Assembly (NCBI GenBank): GCA_964016885.1
Contig: OZ024749.1
Location: 49,910,001 to 49,974,000 of the forward strand
Source of the DNA: Eledone cirrhosa
Taxonomy: Eukaryota
DNA length: 64,000 nt
Reading direction: 5' to 3'
Under the pieces are notes generated by a model. The model did not search any database and was not told the origin of the DNA. It worked only from the letters and a program-made list of their open reading frames with translations. A program made the position numbers and the translations under genes. The number at the start of each line of letters is the position of its first letter. Within the stretch, counting starts at the first letter, position 1. Below are positions 1 to 14,536 of this stretch, in pieces.

Positions 1-295
1 CACCAAGTCACAACCAGTGACCTCAAGAGACAACAAGATCCGCCATGTTCTAGAAAGGACATGCATACACACACACGCATCGTTAGGTGTTTAGACGTGT
101 GATGTACTTATATTGACAGAATGTTCCTTAGTATATGGGCAGTTCCCATTAGTACTATCTTTTTATTTCTTCTATACGTGGGTTACCTGGGATTTGGGAT
201 AAGTAATCATTAGATCCCTTAGGGATCATTCCTAGAGCGCCTACAACCGCTGGTATTGTTGTAGTTATCATTCCTAGAACACCTACTTATTATTA

Positions 296-480
296 TTGGC
301 AGTATGTGTAGAGGATCTGACGCCATGCATTGCAGCAAAGAGTTACAGCCCTTTATGGTCTGAGTTCAAATCTCGCGAGGTTAACTTTGCATTTCATCCT
401 TACGGGGTCGATAAAATAAAGTACCAGTAATGCACTGAAATAATTGCTGGCCTTGTGCCTAAAGTAGAAACCGTTATTAT
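296..480 (+). mobile_element. tRNA-derived SINE (family A), diverged copy with (TTA) tail
   Basis: Has an A-box-like TGGCAGTATG, a B-box GAGTTCAAATC, the shared body (catccttacggggtcgataaaataaagtaccag) and the 3' end ggccttgtgcctaaagtagaaac. Homologous to at least 9 other copies in the window. Confidence 0.9.
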
Positions 481-507
481 TATTTATTATTTTTATTATT
501 ATTTCTG

Positions 508-2280
508 TGGTGAGAGTGAACGGTCACCTTTCGGAACGGTTGAACATCATGCGCTAGGTCCGCCAATGATGTGCCGTCTCGTCCCTCTTGTACGTATTGA
601 CTCTCGAGCCATTACTGCACAGACTGGAGACGTTTGAGGGGGTCCCACGTGAACTAGGATGCCGAAGATTCGTGTCAGCAAATGCGAACGATGTCACAGT
701 AGTAGTGTCGAACGCCAAACACATCGAGGCGATCGGCACCACACTAAGAGAATACGAATCGGTGACAGGAGAAAAGCTCAACCGAGAAAAGTCGGTGGGC
801 CTGCAGCTCGGCACCTGAGGAGGCAGATGCATGCCGTCCAACAGCGTCGTCGGGCGCTGGACGGACGGACCGGTTAAATTGGTAGGGGTCTGGTTCGGTC
901 CAGACTTCCAGACGGACAAAATCTGGGAGTAGGTGACGAGCAGGATCGCTTCTCTCACTCAGAAATGGACAGCGAGGAAGCTATCACTGAAAGGTCGAGC
1001 GGAGGTGGCGAATTCGTACTAGGCGTCCGTCATCTACTAGCGCCTGACCGACGTGCCTTGTTCTAAGCCTCGCCTGACAGCACTAGAGCTTTGCTCTTTC
1101 ACCTTTTGTGGAAGGAACGCGCTCCGATGGTCTGGTGGTTCATCTGCTGTGAACACACGTGGAGGGCTAGCCATGCCGTGGCTGATGATGCGCAGACACG
1201 CGCTCGGGCTACGACATCTCCACATCTTCCTCAACGGTGATCAGGTGTGGTCGCCGTTTGCTAGACGCGTCTTTCCCCAGCTCGTCTCATTGACGGAGCT
1301 GCAGTCCTGGGTCAAGCGAAGACCGATCCTGGAATGTCTTCACGCGCTCACGGCCCTCGACCAGTCGTGCAATGTGATCGGTGGAAACTCCACCTTGGCG
1401 TTCTATAGAGGATTAGTGGAGGGGAAAAGTGACGAAGTACGTGGGGAAACTCTAGGCGTCGACGAAAATCAACTAGCCAATCTCTTCGGAAGAACTTTCG
1501 GGCCGGGGCCTATGGACAATTTCCAGAAATACCTGGCCTGGCAGTGCTACCGAGGAGCTTTGCTAGTTCCGGATAAACTCTACAGGCACGGAAGTGCCTT
1601 CAGCCAGGCATGTCCGAGATGCGCGCAGGACGACGAAACCGTCCTGCACGCACTCGTTCAGAGTCCGAGCATTGCTGACTTGTGGGTTTATGTCGAACAT
1701 CTGCTGTCGCGTGTAGGACGGATCTAGCTATCAGCTGAGTCCATCGTGAGGATTGCCCGCCCTCTTCCTTTAGCCGGGAAGGGCAGGCAGTTTGTATCTG
1801 TGTTTTTATCAGGCCATGGCGAAAGAGATAGTATGGTGGACACGTTTGAAAGGGCTGCAGACGAGCACTTACCTCATCGGTGATGCCCTGATTAACTTTT
1901 TCAAATTTCATTTGAAAAGGAAAATCAGGGTAAAGAGGGGAGTGCTCTCTTCCCAGCATTTTGTTGTAATATGGGTGAGAGAAGCAAGAATGGCCCGAGT
2001 GAATGGGCCTACTCTGAGTATGTGTCTGTAAATTAAAGCTGGAAAACTGGGAGAGAGCACTTGCCCTAGTGGTCAGGGTCACTGTGGCCTTTTAATGGGC
2101 TTTCTCCACAAATGTCCCTCCGAAGCCTCCCACCTATTGGGGAATTTTTCATTGTTATTTTTTTGTTACATCGGCTGTTTTTGTTTTTTACACGCAGCAA
2201 TACCCATTTGTACCATCCTGTATTGTCCTGCACTGTCCTTAATGTCTACTTTATGTAAACCCTTGTGGTTAATAAAGAAA

Positions 2281-2353
<73 letters not shown>
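508..2353 (+). mobile_element. 5'-truncated, decayed Tx1/L1-clade non-LTR retrotransposon (RT C-terminal half, zinc-binding motif, 3' UTR, (TTA)n tail)
   Basis: Joined frames read VNGHLS..LYVLTLEPLL..SANANDVTV (decayed YADD)..LNREKS..GVWFG..W..RKLSLKGRAEVAN..GGLAMP..CPRCAQDDETVLHAL, with in-frame stops and frameshifts. AATAAA lies at 2271 before (TTA)n. Possible TSD ttatttctg at 499-507 and 2354-2362. Confidence 0.88.
2283..2353 (+). repeat. (TTA)n tail microsatellite
   Basis: Directly visible at the LINE 3' end. Confidence 0.95.
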
Positions 2354-2354
<1 letters not shown>

Positions 2355-3229
2355 TATTTCTGATGTCATTTAACTGAATCTGGTTGTATCGGAGAGTCCA
2401 TGTCTTCGAATAACGTTACACTACATTTACATGAACATTAACAACCTTTATGTTCAGAAATTAAAAAAAATACTACATTAAATCGTTTAATAATATTTTC
2501 AAAGACACAATGTGTATCGCTACATCCAAGATTAGAAAAAAAATCTTCTTTTAAAATCTGAGTTAAATGAGATAAGGTTTCCTCATACACAGTTATTCTA
2601 TTCTTAAAGGGTTACTAAATATAACTATATAATGTTGACTCTACCTTTAAAATAGTATTATTATTATTACTGTGCTTCTAGTTTTCTAACAATTTTCTTT
2701 ATCTAGTAGATGATGTTAAAATTGGATGTAGATTTCCATCAGTCGTACTTCTACGAATTACATTGAAACGATCGTCTATTCTCAGCATATATTATTTGAA
2801 AATATATAATTGATACAGGAGGTGTTGACGTAAATCGTGAAAGATATTTTGTGGTATAATCAACATTTCACATTGTGTATGGCTTTAAACCCTGTAGCAA
2901 CATTTAGAGTGAAATATATCTGACATATACATTAAATATTACAAATATAAACTTTGAAGTGATGTGCAGACGTAAGTAATTTATATATATATATATTTAC
3001 GTCCGTTAATACGAATTTGACAATTACAATAAATATCATTACTTATATAAATTCAGACCATACCTCATATAAGTTTAGTTACTTTTATTTTCCTTTTGAC
3101 TGACATATGCTGCTGCTGACAGATTATTGATATGTTTAGTTACAATTCTCAAAATATTATTGAGTCGTCCAGAAACAACATCTGCCACACACACACATGC
3201 GCGCGCGCACACACACACACATACATATA

Positions 3230-3329
<100 letters not shown>

Positions 3330-3637
3330 CAATTTATTAATAAATGAAAACTATATTTATAAAACCATAATTATTTTATTATATATATTTCAAGGGCAAC
3401 CAAGGCAATTTTGGTGCGCTTTCATCTGATAAAACACAAAATATGTTTTATAAATGTTGACATACCCCTGGAAAAAGAACTTTGACGACTGAAGGTTCGC
3501 TGGATAGTCCAAAATTGAACATTTACTCCAGTAATGGTTGAGTGCTTTATATCAGTTATATAACTTTTAAGCTTGTTGAATCCCAACAAATTAAATATAA
3601 CTTCTGCATATCTATCTATCTATATATATATATATAT

Positions 3638-4239
3638 AAGAAAGTAAGTCCATAGAATCCTTTGATAAAATATATACACTATTTCCCCACGCATCAGCAT
3701 AATTAACCACACAAAATATCAATTAAATGAGGCTATAAGTTTAAAATATACCTATGAAGAAACAATAGATGAATAAATGATAGCTATTTTATCCGCGATC
3801 AACAGCCACAGAAGATTTACCCAGTATTTCTAATAGCCCGTAGACATTGATCAGACATATAGCCAACCATAGATAATTAGGTACAAAATCAAAATTAGAA
3901 GAAACAATGTACATAAACATACCAACATTATGTTTCTACCCCATGGTGTTTCATTCGCTTTTTAGAAATATTCGATCATGAATAAATTCACGGGTTTCGA
4001 AATCATCAGAAACAAACTCAATTGGACAAAGATTTTTCATAAATGATCCCGCCAGAAACGAATGGAAAATGGCTAAGAATTGTCACATGGCTAGTGGTCA
4101 ACTCAGAAAGCTTGCCAGTGGTGCGTAACGGCGAGTATGCTAGTTGCTTGAAAGCGCAGCCGAATACTGCATAAATGTTTACTCAAGTATACGGGAGTAT
4201 ATAAAATATATAGATTTACATATACATAAACAAGTCAGA

Positions 4240-4273
<34 letters not shown>

Positions 4274-4508
4274 TTTGGCAACCATTCACGGTGTGGCTCA
4301 ATGACGAATTAATTAATCAACAATCAGAGCAATATATAAGAAAGTAAGTCCATAGAATCATTCTATGGACTTACTTTCTTATATATTGCTCTGATTGTTG
4401 ATTAATTAATTAGTCTTTGATCCACACCGTGAATGGTTGCCAAAACCACATATATATATCTATGGTTCCGACTTGTTTATGTATATGTAAATCTATATAT
4501 TTTATATA
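3638..4508 (-). mobile_element. Non-coding Penelope-like/retrozyme-like element: 700-bp monomer, partial tandem and fold-back, flanked by (TA)n
   Basis: aagaaagtaagtccatagaatc occurs at 3638 and 4338. Inverted arms span about 4198-4358 and 4360-4508. A degenerate minus-strand hammerhead-like core CTGATGA-tttc-GAAAC lies at about 3993-4009. Confidence 0.65.
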
Positions 4509-4516
4509 TATATATG

Positions 4517-4664
<148 letters not shown>

Positions 4665-7600
4665 TATACATATAACTATTAAGGTAGGTTACTCCAGGGG
4701 AGCCACACCATATGCCTGGAGAAAGGAACTAGATATATATTTTGTTATACTTTGGGAGGAGCATGCTTTCAATAAAAACCCGCGCACCACCAGCGTTTCA
4801 ATTCAATATATTAATGTTTCTTAAGTATCTATTTTTATTCAGTCGATGTGTTTAATAATCTAATTCTAATTTTGCTGTTAATAGCCACATCTCGTTTGTC
4901 AGACATTGTTTGGCGTCTTCATTGTATACCTTACATTAATTATTCTCTTTGATCCGTTTGCAGCACCTTATATTTATGAGCTGTTTACCCGGTCTGCGCA
5001 TGCGTTTTTGACTTTGTCTATACCTCTATCATCCCCGCATGATTTCGTTGAATACTTCACATATTGGTTCTATAGCTGCAGTTATTATTTGTGCCAATGG
5101 AATGCAGCCACTTCAGTACTTTCGTCAATTCGGTGTATGTAATAATGTCGGGAACTGTGCTACACTCAACCGTTCTTATGTCTTCAAGTGATATAATGTC
5201 AATGACTGCTGGTTCCATTCTCGGTCTTGTCATGTTGGTGATGGTGTGGAGAGATCACAAGGAGATGGCAATCATTTCTGTAGATGGAGCAATTATCAAA
5301 CGTATAAATATATACTTATATATAAATCGTTTATATGGGAGGAAGCGGAAATTTATTTTCCTTTGATAAAAAGTTTATTAGAATATTCTCCTGCTTGCAT
5401 TATAAGTGTTCTACAGGCCAACTGGATCAACTAATTTCAGAACCACATCCACGTATTTTGTTGTTCTGTTGGAAACGATATTTTATCGGTATAAAGTAAC
5501 CATATCTATGTTCAGTATGCTGCCACCCACAGTAACATCAGGCACATGTAATGACGTTTGCGTTTTTCAGAAAACTTTCAAGATTAAAGTACCGATAAGG
5601 AAGGCGGAGACAGCTGGTAAAGATTGAAAGAATTACACATGTCATGGAATAGATATACCGATAATAATATAAACAACAGTAAATATAACAAATCCAGTGA
5701 TAATAAGATTTTAAAAAAATTAAGATTTCGAAGATATTTTGGAGATAGGAAATTTGATGTTTCAAACAAAAGAAGCATTATTAGATCATACTAATGTACT
5801 TTAAAACAAAAATGTTTGTGTATGTAAGAACACGATGACACACCTATATGTGAGCCAGTAATAATACACGAGAAGATACATTGAAAGCATTTCCGTCAAT
5901 GCTAATAGTTAAATCATTAAGATATTTACAGTAAAATTAATATAAGTTGAAAGTTATCATAGACTTCATGATGCTGATTTCTAAATGTGTTATTGCAATA
6001 CCACTGTTTGACAGAAGAGGCAATATATGAACTATTGGTTCTTTAAGAGTTGTCACGTTGCCTTAAGGGAGTGAAATATCATGTAGTAATTTACGTGTGT
6101 ATGTACTTATTTGGATGTAGATATATCGTTCTCATATTTAGATTGAAAGTTTTTCTCATATAAAAAATAGATAACATATACCGAGTTATTGCTTATATCA
6201 ATTCAGTCACCTTTACATATTGCTAGGTATATGATCATGACCGTATAATTTTTAACGATATATTGTGTATTTCCAGTTGGTTCCCTTAGATTTTGTCTAC
6301 ATACCTTTTGTCTGTACACTTATCCATATACGCTGAGTAAGCATGATCGATGATATATTTGCAATCACCCCCTCCCCATGTAATGGACGTAATAACTACT
6401 TTTTTCTTTGTGTTTATAAAATACGTGGACCTAAATAATGTTTGTAAATATTCCTCGCCCGATTGTAAGATTCTAGATATGTTCCTGCAAGATTCTAGAT
6501 ATGTTCATTGCTAGCTAAAGGTTAACATATTTTATAGTTAATTCTAGTAATTATGTACAAAGAAAAGGTGATTGTCATCCTCTTCGAATATAAAGCCTTT
6601 TATATCAAGACGATCCTTAAAGGTCACTCACACATACGAGTACTTTCGGGTGTTTAATGATATATTGAAATAAATGAAAACGGTTCCATAGACCATCCAA
6701 GAAGTATGGCCTGAAAAGCGGACATAATTCTTCACTTTCACATATACATTAATTGAATTGTGTCCTATATGTTCACCTTAACCCCTTTTTATCGATTCTG
6801 GATTGCCACTTTTCGATCAGGAAATTGTCGCTCCTCAGCAAAATCTTAAGTGAGCTAATGTATTAAACGTCAAATATGTTCATTTCTTATTTGATTTCAC
6901 ATGATACATTTTAAGATTATTTTGTTGGACTTAAATATTTCCCTTCAATTAATTAGAATTTCTATCCCAAACAAATGCAATCAGAATGCAGGAAGAAACT
7001 TTTGTTCTGAAGACGAAAATCAAACGTTTCAATCAAGAACATCAAAAGATTTTCAATGCAAAGGAATTTGCTTTCAATAACTCCCGCAGCTAAAGGTCAG
7101 ATCCAGTTTATCTCACTCCTATACACTTGAAGTTCACACGTTAGTCAAAAGGATCTAAATAAAGTAGAAGATCAGTTATCCGGTAACAACGATATGGCAA
7201 AATGTTCTTTCATCTACATCATCAAATTTACTTTGAAATGTTCATATCATTTCCGTTTCAAGGGATAATCACATGTCGTCATATTTCCTATCTCTATACA
7301 TGTATTGATGGATAATATCGATGATTTTTTTAATTATTTCAGTTTAAGTGATTTGAAATATCACCTTTTCATCGACATTTGACCTGGGTTTAAACAATTG
7401 TATTGTGGCATTACTTACGACATGGATATACGTGTGTGTGTATGCATGAGGCACATCGATTAAAGATATCACATGACCAATATATTACTAAATCAACAAA
7501 TGACATTAGTTCCACTATTTCCAATATATATATATATGTGTGTGTGTATATGTATGTGGCTGTGTGTGCGCATGCGTGTTTGTGTAAGTATTTATATTAT

Positions 7601-7668
7601 GTATATATATGTATGTATGCATATGTATGAATATTTTCTTTGCTCTCTGACTCCAAAATAAATATAAT

Positions 7669-7852
7669 TGTTTCTGCTATTGGCACAAGGCCAGCAATTA
7701 TCCAGTACATTACTGGTACTTTATTTTATCCACCCCGTAAGGATGAAAGGCAAAGTTAACCTCGGCGGGATTTGAACTCAGAATGGCAAGGGTCGTAACT
7801 CTATGCGTCAAAGCATGGCCTCCGACCCTCTACCGATACTGCCAATTCACCG
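7669..7852 (-). mobile_element. SINE family A, full length, with TSD
   Basis: Reverse complement of the SINE consensus, with flanking direct repeat tccaaaataaatataat at 7652-7668 and 7853-7869. Confidence 0.92.
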
Positions 7853-8899
7853 TCCAAAATAAATATAATGCTGAGAAGATTCCTTCTGTATTGTTAGGAA
7901 CAATGCATCGATATAGCCAATATACGTACCCATCTACAAATAATATAGTAGTTGTTAAATTATCTATATGTGAATCTGTCTTTCTGAGAATGCGTATGAG
8001 CTTGGTCGAGTGTGGCAGCAAATGCCTACTTGTGTGTCTGCCATGTTTGGGTAATGTGTATTCGGTTGACTTCTTAATATCACCTCATTAAAAGATATGA
8101 TCAAATCATTTTAAGTATTTACGTGAAAATTTATTGAATTCGTACATCAAAACGTTACATGCATATACGTGTTCGTAATTATTCATACATCTGAGTGAGT
8201 GTGCCTGGGTGTGCACGTATGTGTGTAGTAGTTTATCAGAACGTCTGGTCGTATATATATGTGGGTAGGAAATGAGGCAATATGTTTCCTATGCAAGCAT
8301 GAAGCGAAGAATATAACAATTGCAATAAACCTTTGAACATTTTTAATAATATATATACCTTTTGATATATTGTGAAATAGATAGTTATCGTGATGTTGTG
8401 TTATTGAATTTAGTTTCTTATTTCAATAACTGCAAACAAAAATAATGAAATTATATAAAAATTGAAATACGTTAAAATGGGCAACATAAACAGATAGAAA
8501 TCTAATTTTGGTTATCTAAATGAGAAAACAATTTCGACGTCACGAAAATCAAAGCAAATATTAATATGTTCATATAATGCACAAAATCCACTTGTTCCTT
8601 CGCACATTAAATTATAATATTTAAACTCCATTTTCGAAATTTGTTTATCTTTATGTTTAAAATTGTTGCGGTGAATTGCTTTTTTTTTTTTGTTATCAAT
8701 ACATAATGTTCATTATTATCCAAAATCGTTATCAAACTGTTGTATGTCGTAGATATTTCGGTTTTTAATAAATGGTATAGTATAATCACTAACATTTCAT
8801 AGAAGCTCATGTTTCCAAATTATTTCATTGTCCCTATGGATATTATCTTAAATAATTCCTCAAAACATACGCAGAAAGGGTCTGTGTAATATATATATA

Positions 8900-9008
8900 T
8901 ATTATATTATATTATATTATATTATATTATATTATATAGTATGACATTATATTTTATTATATTATATTATATTATAATATATGATATTATATTACATTAT
9001 ATTATATA
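8900..9008. repeat. (ATATT)n pentanucleotide repeat
   Basis: Directly visible, imperfect. Confidence 0.9.
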
Positions 9009-10267
9009 ATTTTCCCTGTGACACAATGCCCTATTGATCTGCATATTGCTAAATGTTCCCAATTAATCATAATACGAACAAAGGTTGGGATCGACAGGAA
9101 TTATGGTTGTTGTTAATTTTAGCTATATATTAGGCAATATAGATATGCCATATTTCAATACGATCCTTGTATTAAGACTGTATACATGATCTGCAAAGCA
9201 AGATTCACGTTCTATAGCACTAAGGAACAATACCATATTTATATCTAGTTAAATGGTTTTCAGATCTTCAGATATAACCGTAATATTATTGGTTAAATAT
9301 TTGATCACACTGATCCTTTTAATCTCTAGATATTGAGCTAGTTGCTCAAATATATAGCAATGGTGTTTTCGTCAACATATACTGTAATATCTACGATACA
9401 ATGAAAAAGAACGCAAAAAGACCGCATTGTGTTCTCCAATTATCCAGGAATCTGTTGACTATTTAATTGTTGGTTACAATGCCTATACCTTTAACTCTCA
9501 CACACGTTCCTGTGACATACATTAAAGTACATGTAATTAGGTGTATTTGAAAGTGGAAAAAATCAATACCTTCTACAATGTACTCATGGTCGATGTAATT
9601 TAAAACGAAATCGAAATCCTTTTCACTCAGTTGTATTGTGATGTTGATATAATAGTCAATTTTCAAAACGCTTTTGAAATTTTAGGCATTTATTTTTCGC
9701 CAGAATCATATTTGCTGCTAGAATTATATAATTCCGAGATATTTTGTATACGATTTGAAAGAGTAAACCCTAAGTTATATCATGTTGCTAGTTCCATGTA
9801 CTCGATATATTATTTGAGAGTGTGGATACGAGCGCCAAATTTTATGGAACGATCATATGTGTATATTATGATGGGTATTTTGTTTGAACTATTGCGTATC
9901 TAATATGAACGCATATCCAGTTACATGAATAGATACCCTGCTTATGTATCTGATTGTGATGGGAAGGAAACTAAATATTGTGTGGTCAGTATTTCATCTC
10001 CAAATACCAAACAACAGACATAACGTAAATACGATTCTCAATCATACGGTACATGTTTCAATTTAAGCAATTAACAAATATTATATTAATAGTAATTGCT
10101 TACTCTATTTGCATACAGTTCGTAATTTGTAAATAATTTGTCTTTATATAAACATTCTTCATCAGAATATTAATGCAAGCAGCTCCAATTTGCAAATTCT
10201 TCTATATTTTGGGCAACATATAGTTATTTTGCTATGTCGATCAGTTCATGCCCTGTATTATGTTGTC

Positions 10268-10375
10268 ACATGGTCTAGCGGTAGGGTTTTAACGTACGTT
10301 CTAATGCCCTAATGCCCTTGGTTCGATTACAGTGTTGTGTTTTGAGCAACATACCTCATTTCACGATGCACAAGT
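10268..10375 (+). mobile_element. Degenerate SINE family B head
   Basis: tggtctagcggtag (A-box-like), ggttcgatt (B-box-like) and ttgtgttttgagcaacatacctcatttcacg resemble the element at 59296-59508. Confidence 0.5.
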
Positions 10376-11427
10376 ATAGTGAGTTGAAATGGTGTTGCAA
10401 TGATATTTGGGATTTGAAAATGCAAGGACGGAGTTTCCTACTCTCAGTCACTACACCCCAAGGAATTTAGGATACGCACTAGTCTGTGGAGCGTCCAGGA
10501 GATAGGCGTGGGGTTTAGACATATACTATAAAATATTAAAGTATAAATTACAAGCACAAAATAATGATAATAGGGCGTAAATTCAAGTAAAATAGTCAAC
10601 GCAAATTTACTCTGACATTGAAATATTTCTGCCAGCCAAGCATGCTTAAACATGTAATAAATAAACACGTATACCTGACATATAATAAGGTCAGCCCTCG
10701 TGTGATTTCAAGATTAAGCTGATTATCTCCATCCCCTGGAATTAGAAATCCATGTTGTATAGAACACCGAAAAACGTTTTATTTTGCTAATTAAATCAAA
10801 GAAATAACATTGAAATCAATGTTGAATGTATTTAAAAGTTACTAACATTTCTTTTCTTCTGAAATCAGAATAATTTGCCATTCAAGTAACAATATGGAAA
10901 TACAAATATCTACGATGCATCTTAATTATAATGATTGGCAGTATGTTCTAATTTCAAGTACTTATACAGCATAGTGTTATCAATATGTAATATTTTATAA
11001 AATGAAATTTGAAGCAGTTATAGTGAAATACATTTTCAAATTAAAGTTAATGAAAGATTGGGAATGTTTCATATTACCGTAAATGCTTCATTCCCAAGAG
11101 AGTTTACGTTAAAATGTTAATACAGTCCCTGTTGACTCACGGGATTTTAATGCACTTTCCTGACAATCTATAAATTTTATTTTTCTCAAAATACCCCATG
11201 GGATGGCCATGGAATACATAGAAAATAATGCATTGAAAATATTTAAAATAATGGTAAATTGAAAACAAATTGCAGCCGTGAAGAAATCAGAATGAATTCC
11301 TTTTATATTTCAAAACATATTTCCCTTTGAAACACGATTGGTTCAATTCAGTTACATTCAGATTATGTGTAAATAAATGTAAATATATATACACACACAC
11401 ACACGCACGCACACACACACACACACA

Positions 11428-11518
<91 letters not shown>

Positions 11519-11597
11519 GCATGTATAAATATATATACATATATATAAATATATATATGCACATAAGTATATATGTATATATATATATGTATATACA

Positions 11598-11633
<36 letters not shown>

Positions 11634-11980
11634 CATATATATAGGGATAGTGACTTCTACTTAATAATTGTTGCGAAAAAGTTTTAGAATCTGTCCGGGT
11701 ATCAACGGCGATTGCCGGATATAGGTTTGTTATTTTTATTGATTTATTACTTTGAATCGAGACAGGCAAACCATATAATTTTAAATTAGTATTTTTCAAC
11801 CTAGCTAACCTGGTCATTTACAATTTGAACACATGTATACTTGTATCGGTGTTCATCCCTCTCATATATTCATTTGTATTACACCACTCGAAAATGTTCC
11901 CTTCTTTGAATAATTTGATTGTAAAATACTATTTTGAGTTTATAACTCAATACATGATATATATGTATATATATATATAT

Positions 11981-12257
11981 AGGGAAAACAGATGAAATCG
12001 TAAATGCAACTGGAGTCTTATCTTTTTAAAAATATATGTATTTATTTGGTTCCTTTACCGGTTTCGCAGTTCTTCTGCTTTTCAAAAGTAGTGTTGAAAT
12101 GGAGGGTCTCTGGTTTTTCTCACAGATACGATACATATATTTCTTTTTAAATAAGACTACAGTTGCATATTAGATTTCATCTTTTTTCCTTATACTTTCA
12201 CTCGTGTAGGTCACCTCGGTTATTTTTCATTTTGTAAAAAAAAGCTCACTTTCTAAT
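11981..12257. mobile_element. Fold-back copy of hammerhead family H1 between (TA)n tracts
   Basis: Arms at about 11990-12041 and 12131-12182 are inverted. The sequence is homologous to 29753-29960 and 48226-48488. Confidence 0.8.
12052..12088 (-). ncRNA. Minimal type I hammerhead ribozyme (U3-A8 variant core)
   Basis: Reverse complement reads ctt TTGAAAA gcag aagaa ctgc GAAA ccgg TA aag. Confidence 0.65.
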
Positions 12258-12283
12258 ATATATATATATATATAATATATATA

Positions 12284-12393
12284 GAAATGGCTTTTACGAG
12301 TCCTGTAGAAGCTATTTCTATATTAAATGTGTATACTCTGCTATGTATTGGGTACCTTACTTTCTGTGGTTACTGCCGATTGAAAGCGGGATA
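12284..12393 (+). mobile_element. 3'-terminal fragment of the family also at 60440-60643
   Basis: Homologous to the reverse complement of about 60455-60560, and flanked by (TA)n. Confidence 0.65.
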
Positions 12394-12418
12394 CACATAT
12401 AAATATACATATACATAC

Positions 12419-12531
<113 letters not shown>

Positions 12532-13009
12532 TATATATAAGCAAAATGGATATTCATTTTGTTGGTAATTCCACAAATATAAATGTTTATAACTGTTTCA
12601 GAGCATTCGAGAAGTTTTCTGGAGTATAATATTCAATGATATTATATAAATGGAAAGTAAATATATAAAATAATATTTCTTCTATTATATATATTTCAAG
12701 GTTACCAAAACGTTGGAACACTTTCATAAGATAAAATACAAAGTGTGCTTTATAAATTTTGACATAACCAAGAAAAGATACCTTAACGGTTCAAGTTTTC
12801 CTTGGAGAGTGAATGAAGGAAAGTCAGATATTTCAAATTATTAAGATGAGTATGCAAATGAGGTTGAGGTAGAGGGCTGAAAAACGCTATTTTAGACGGT
12901 ATGCAGAATTTAAATAATTAGGATATATGTATGTATGTGTAGGAAGAAGAAAAAGGAAGAGGAGCTTGCATTTACGTTAATTTAAAATGAATTACCAATA
13001 TCATTGTAT

Positions 13010-13051
<42 letters not shown>

Positions 13052-13054
<3 letters not shown>

Positions 13055-13138
13055 GCTTTGGTAGGGTCATGTTGCCAATAAGAAACACATGCACCAGGGC
13101 TGGTGTTTCTTATTGGCAACATGGCCCCCTAAAGCATA
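13052..13138. repeat. Short fold-back hairpin (about 37-bp arms) in a (TA)n-flanked insert
   Basis: tatgctttggtagggtcatgttgccaataagaaacac pairs with gtgtttcttattggcaacatggccccctaaagcata. Confidence 0.85.
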
Positions 13139-13207
13139 GCAATATTGGTTTCAACACACGTTTTCATATAAAGAATCTTGGTAAACAAATGCAGAAACGA
13201 AATATAT

Positions 13208-13282
<75 letters not shown>

Positions 13283-13404
13283 TTGATATTATTTTGTGTT
13301 TTAAGATTCTTATTTAATGAATTTTTTATGAGCATGTTTATTAGAATATGTGTGACCATTGTGAATGCACTGATGTTGCGGTACAATTTCATTCATTGAT
13401 GCAT

Positions 13405-13585
13405 TTGGCAGTATCGGTAGAGGGTTGGACGCCATGCTTTCTAGCATAGTTACGACCCTTTACACGCTGAGCTCAAATCTCGCCGAGGTTAACTTTGCCT
13501 TTCATCATTACGGGTTCGATAAAATAAAGTACCAGTAATGTACTGGATAATTGCTGGCCTTGTGCCTAAAGTAGAAACAATTATT
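13405..13585 (+). mobile_element. SINE family A
   Basis: Has A/B boxes, body and 3' end matching other copies. Confidence 0.9.
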
Positions 13586-14447
13586 TCAAATAACGTGTGA
13601 TTGGATCACTAATTTCATTCGATGTTCACTTAATGTTACTTGTCTCAATTGAATAGAAATTATTGTGTAAATATATTTAATATATTCATCAAATGTGGCA
13701 ATGACGGAAAAAAATATATTTTAGAAACATGAAATATTGGATATTGCTTTTTATTTTAGCACCGGCATGATGTTGTAAATCTCCAATGTAGCAGCTTTAT
13801 TTCCGGAAAAGTCAATTGAATTTTGCATAGCTTCGCGGGGATTTTCTATGTATCTATCTGTCGACCTATACATATATATATATATATATATACATATATA
13901 TAAATATGCATATCTATAAATATCGATATATATATACATTATGTGTGTGTGTATGTGTTTGTATATATGTGTGTCTTTTTAGTATATCGTTACAAATCAA
14001 ACAACACGATGATATTTCGTCATACACTGCAGATTTATTTCTGAAGGAAATAAAATTTAACAGAAGATTTATAGACCAAGTTGCATTTGCATTTCACTTG
14101 CTCAGGCACATTAATTAAATTCTATCAATTATGTACGGTTAACAGATGATTTATGTAGCATCTGTAATTATATACCTTCCGCAAATCGTGAATTTACAAA
14201 GAAGCAATGAAGCCATGCAAAACCCATTACGATTTTACATTTACCATATGAATCAGTTTATATAAATTAATTCATTAACAAATTATATTAGGTGTTTTCA
14301 TTCGTTGCTCCTGTATGTATTCCTTTTTTTTTATGAATCTATTCGTTAAATAAATACGATAGCAATTAATGAGCATTGCCTAAAAGATACTGACATTCAT
14401 TCAATGTTTTTGTAAGAATGTTTTCTTTACTGTATCAACGTAATTAT

Positions 14448-14536
<89 letters not shown>

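Noticed and set aside
4700-5630. More complex sequence with several short ORFs and a minus-strand open stretch
   Set aside because: No recognisable domain or splice structure. Probably an old repeat, and cannot be classified by eye.
6986-7093. Short ORF MQEETFVLKTK... as a possible host exon
   Set aside because: Only 35 codons, with no motif or supporting exons.
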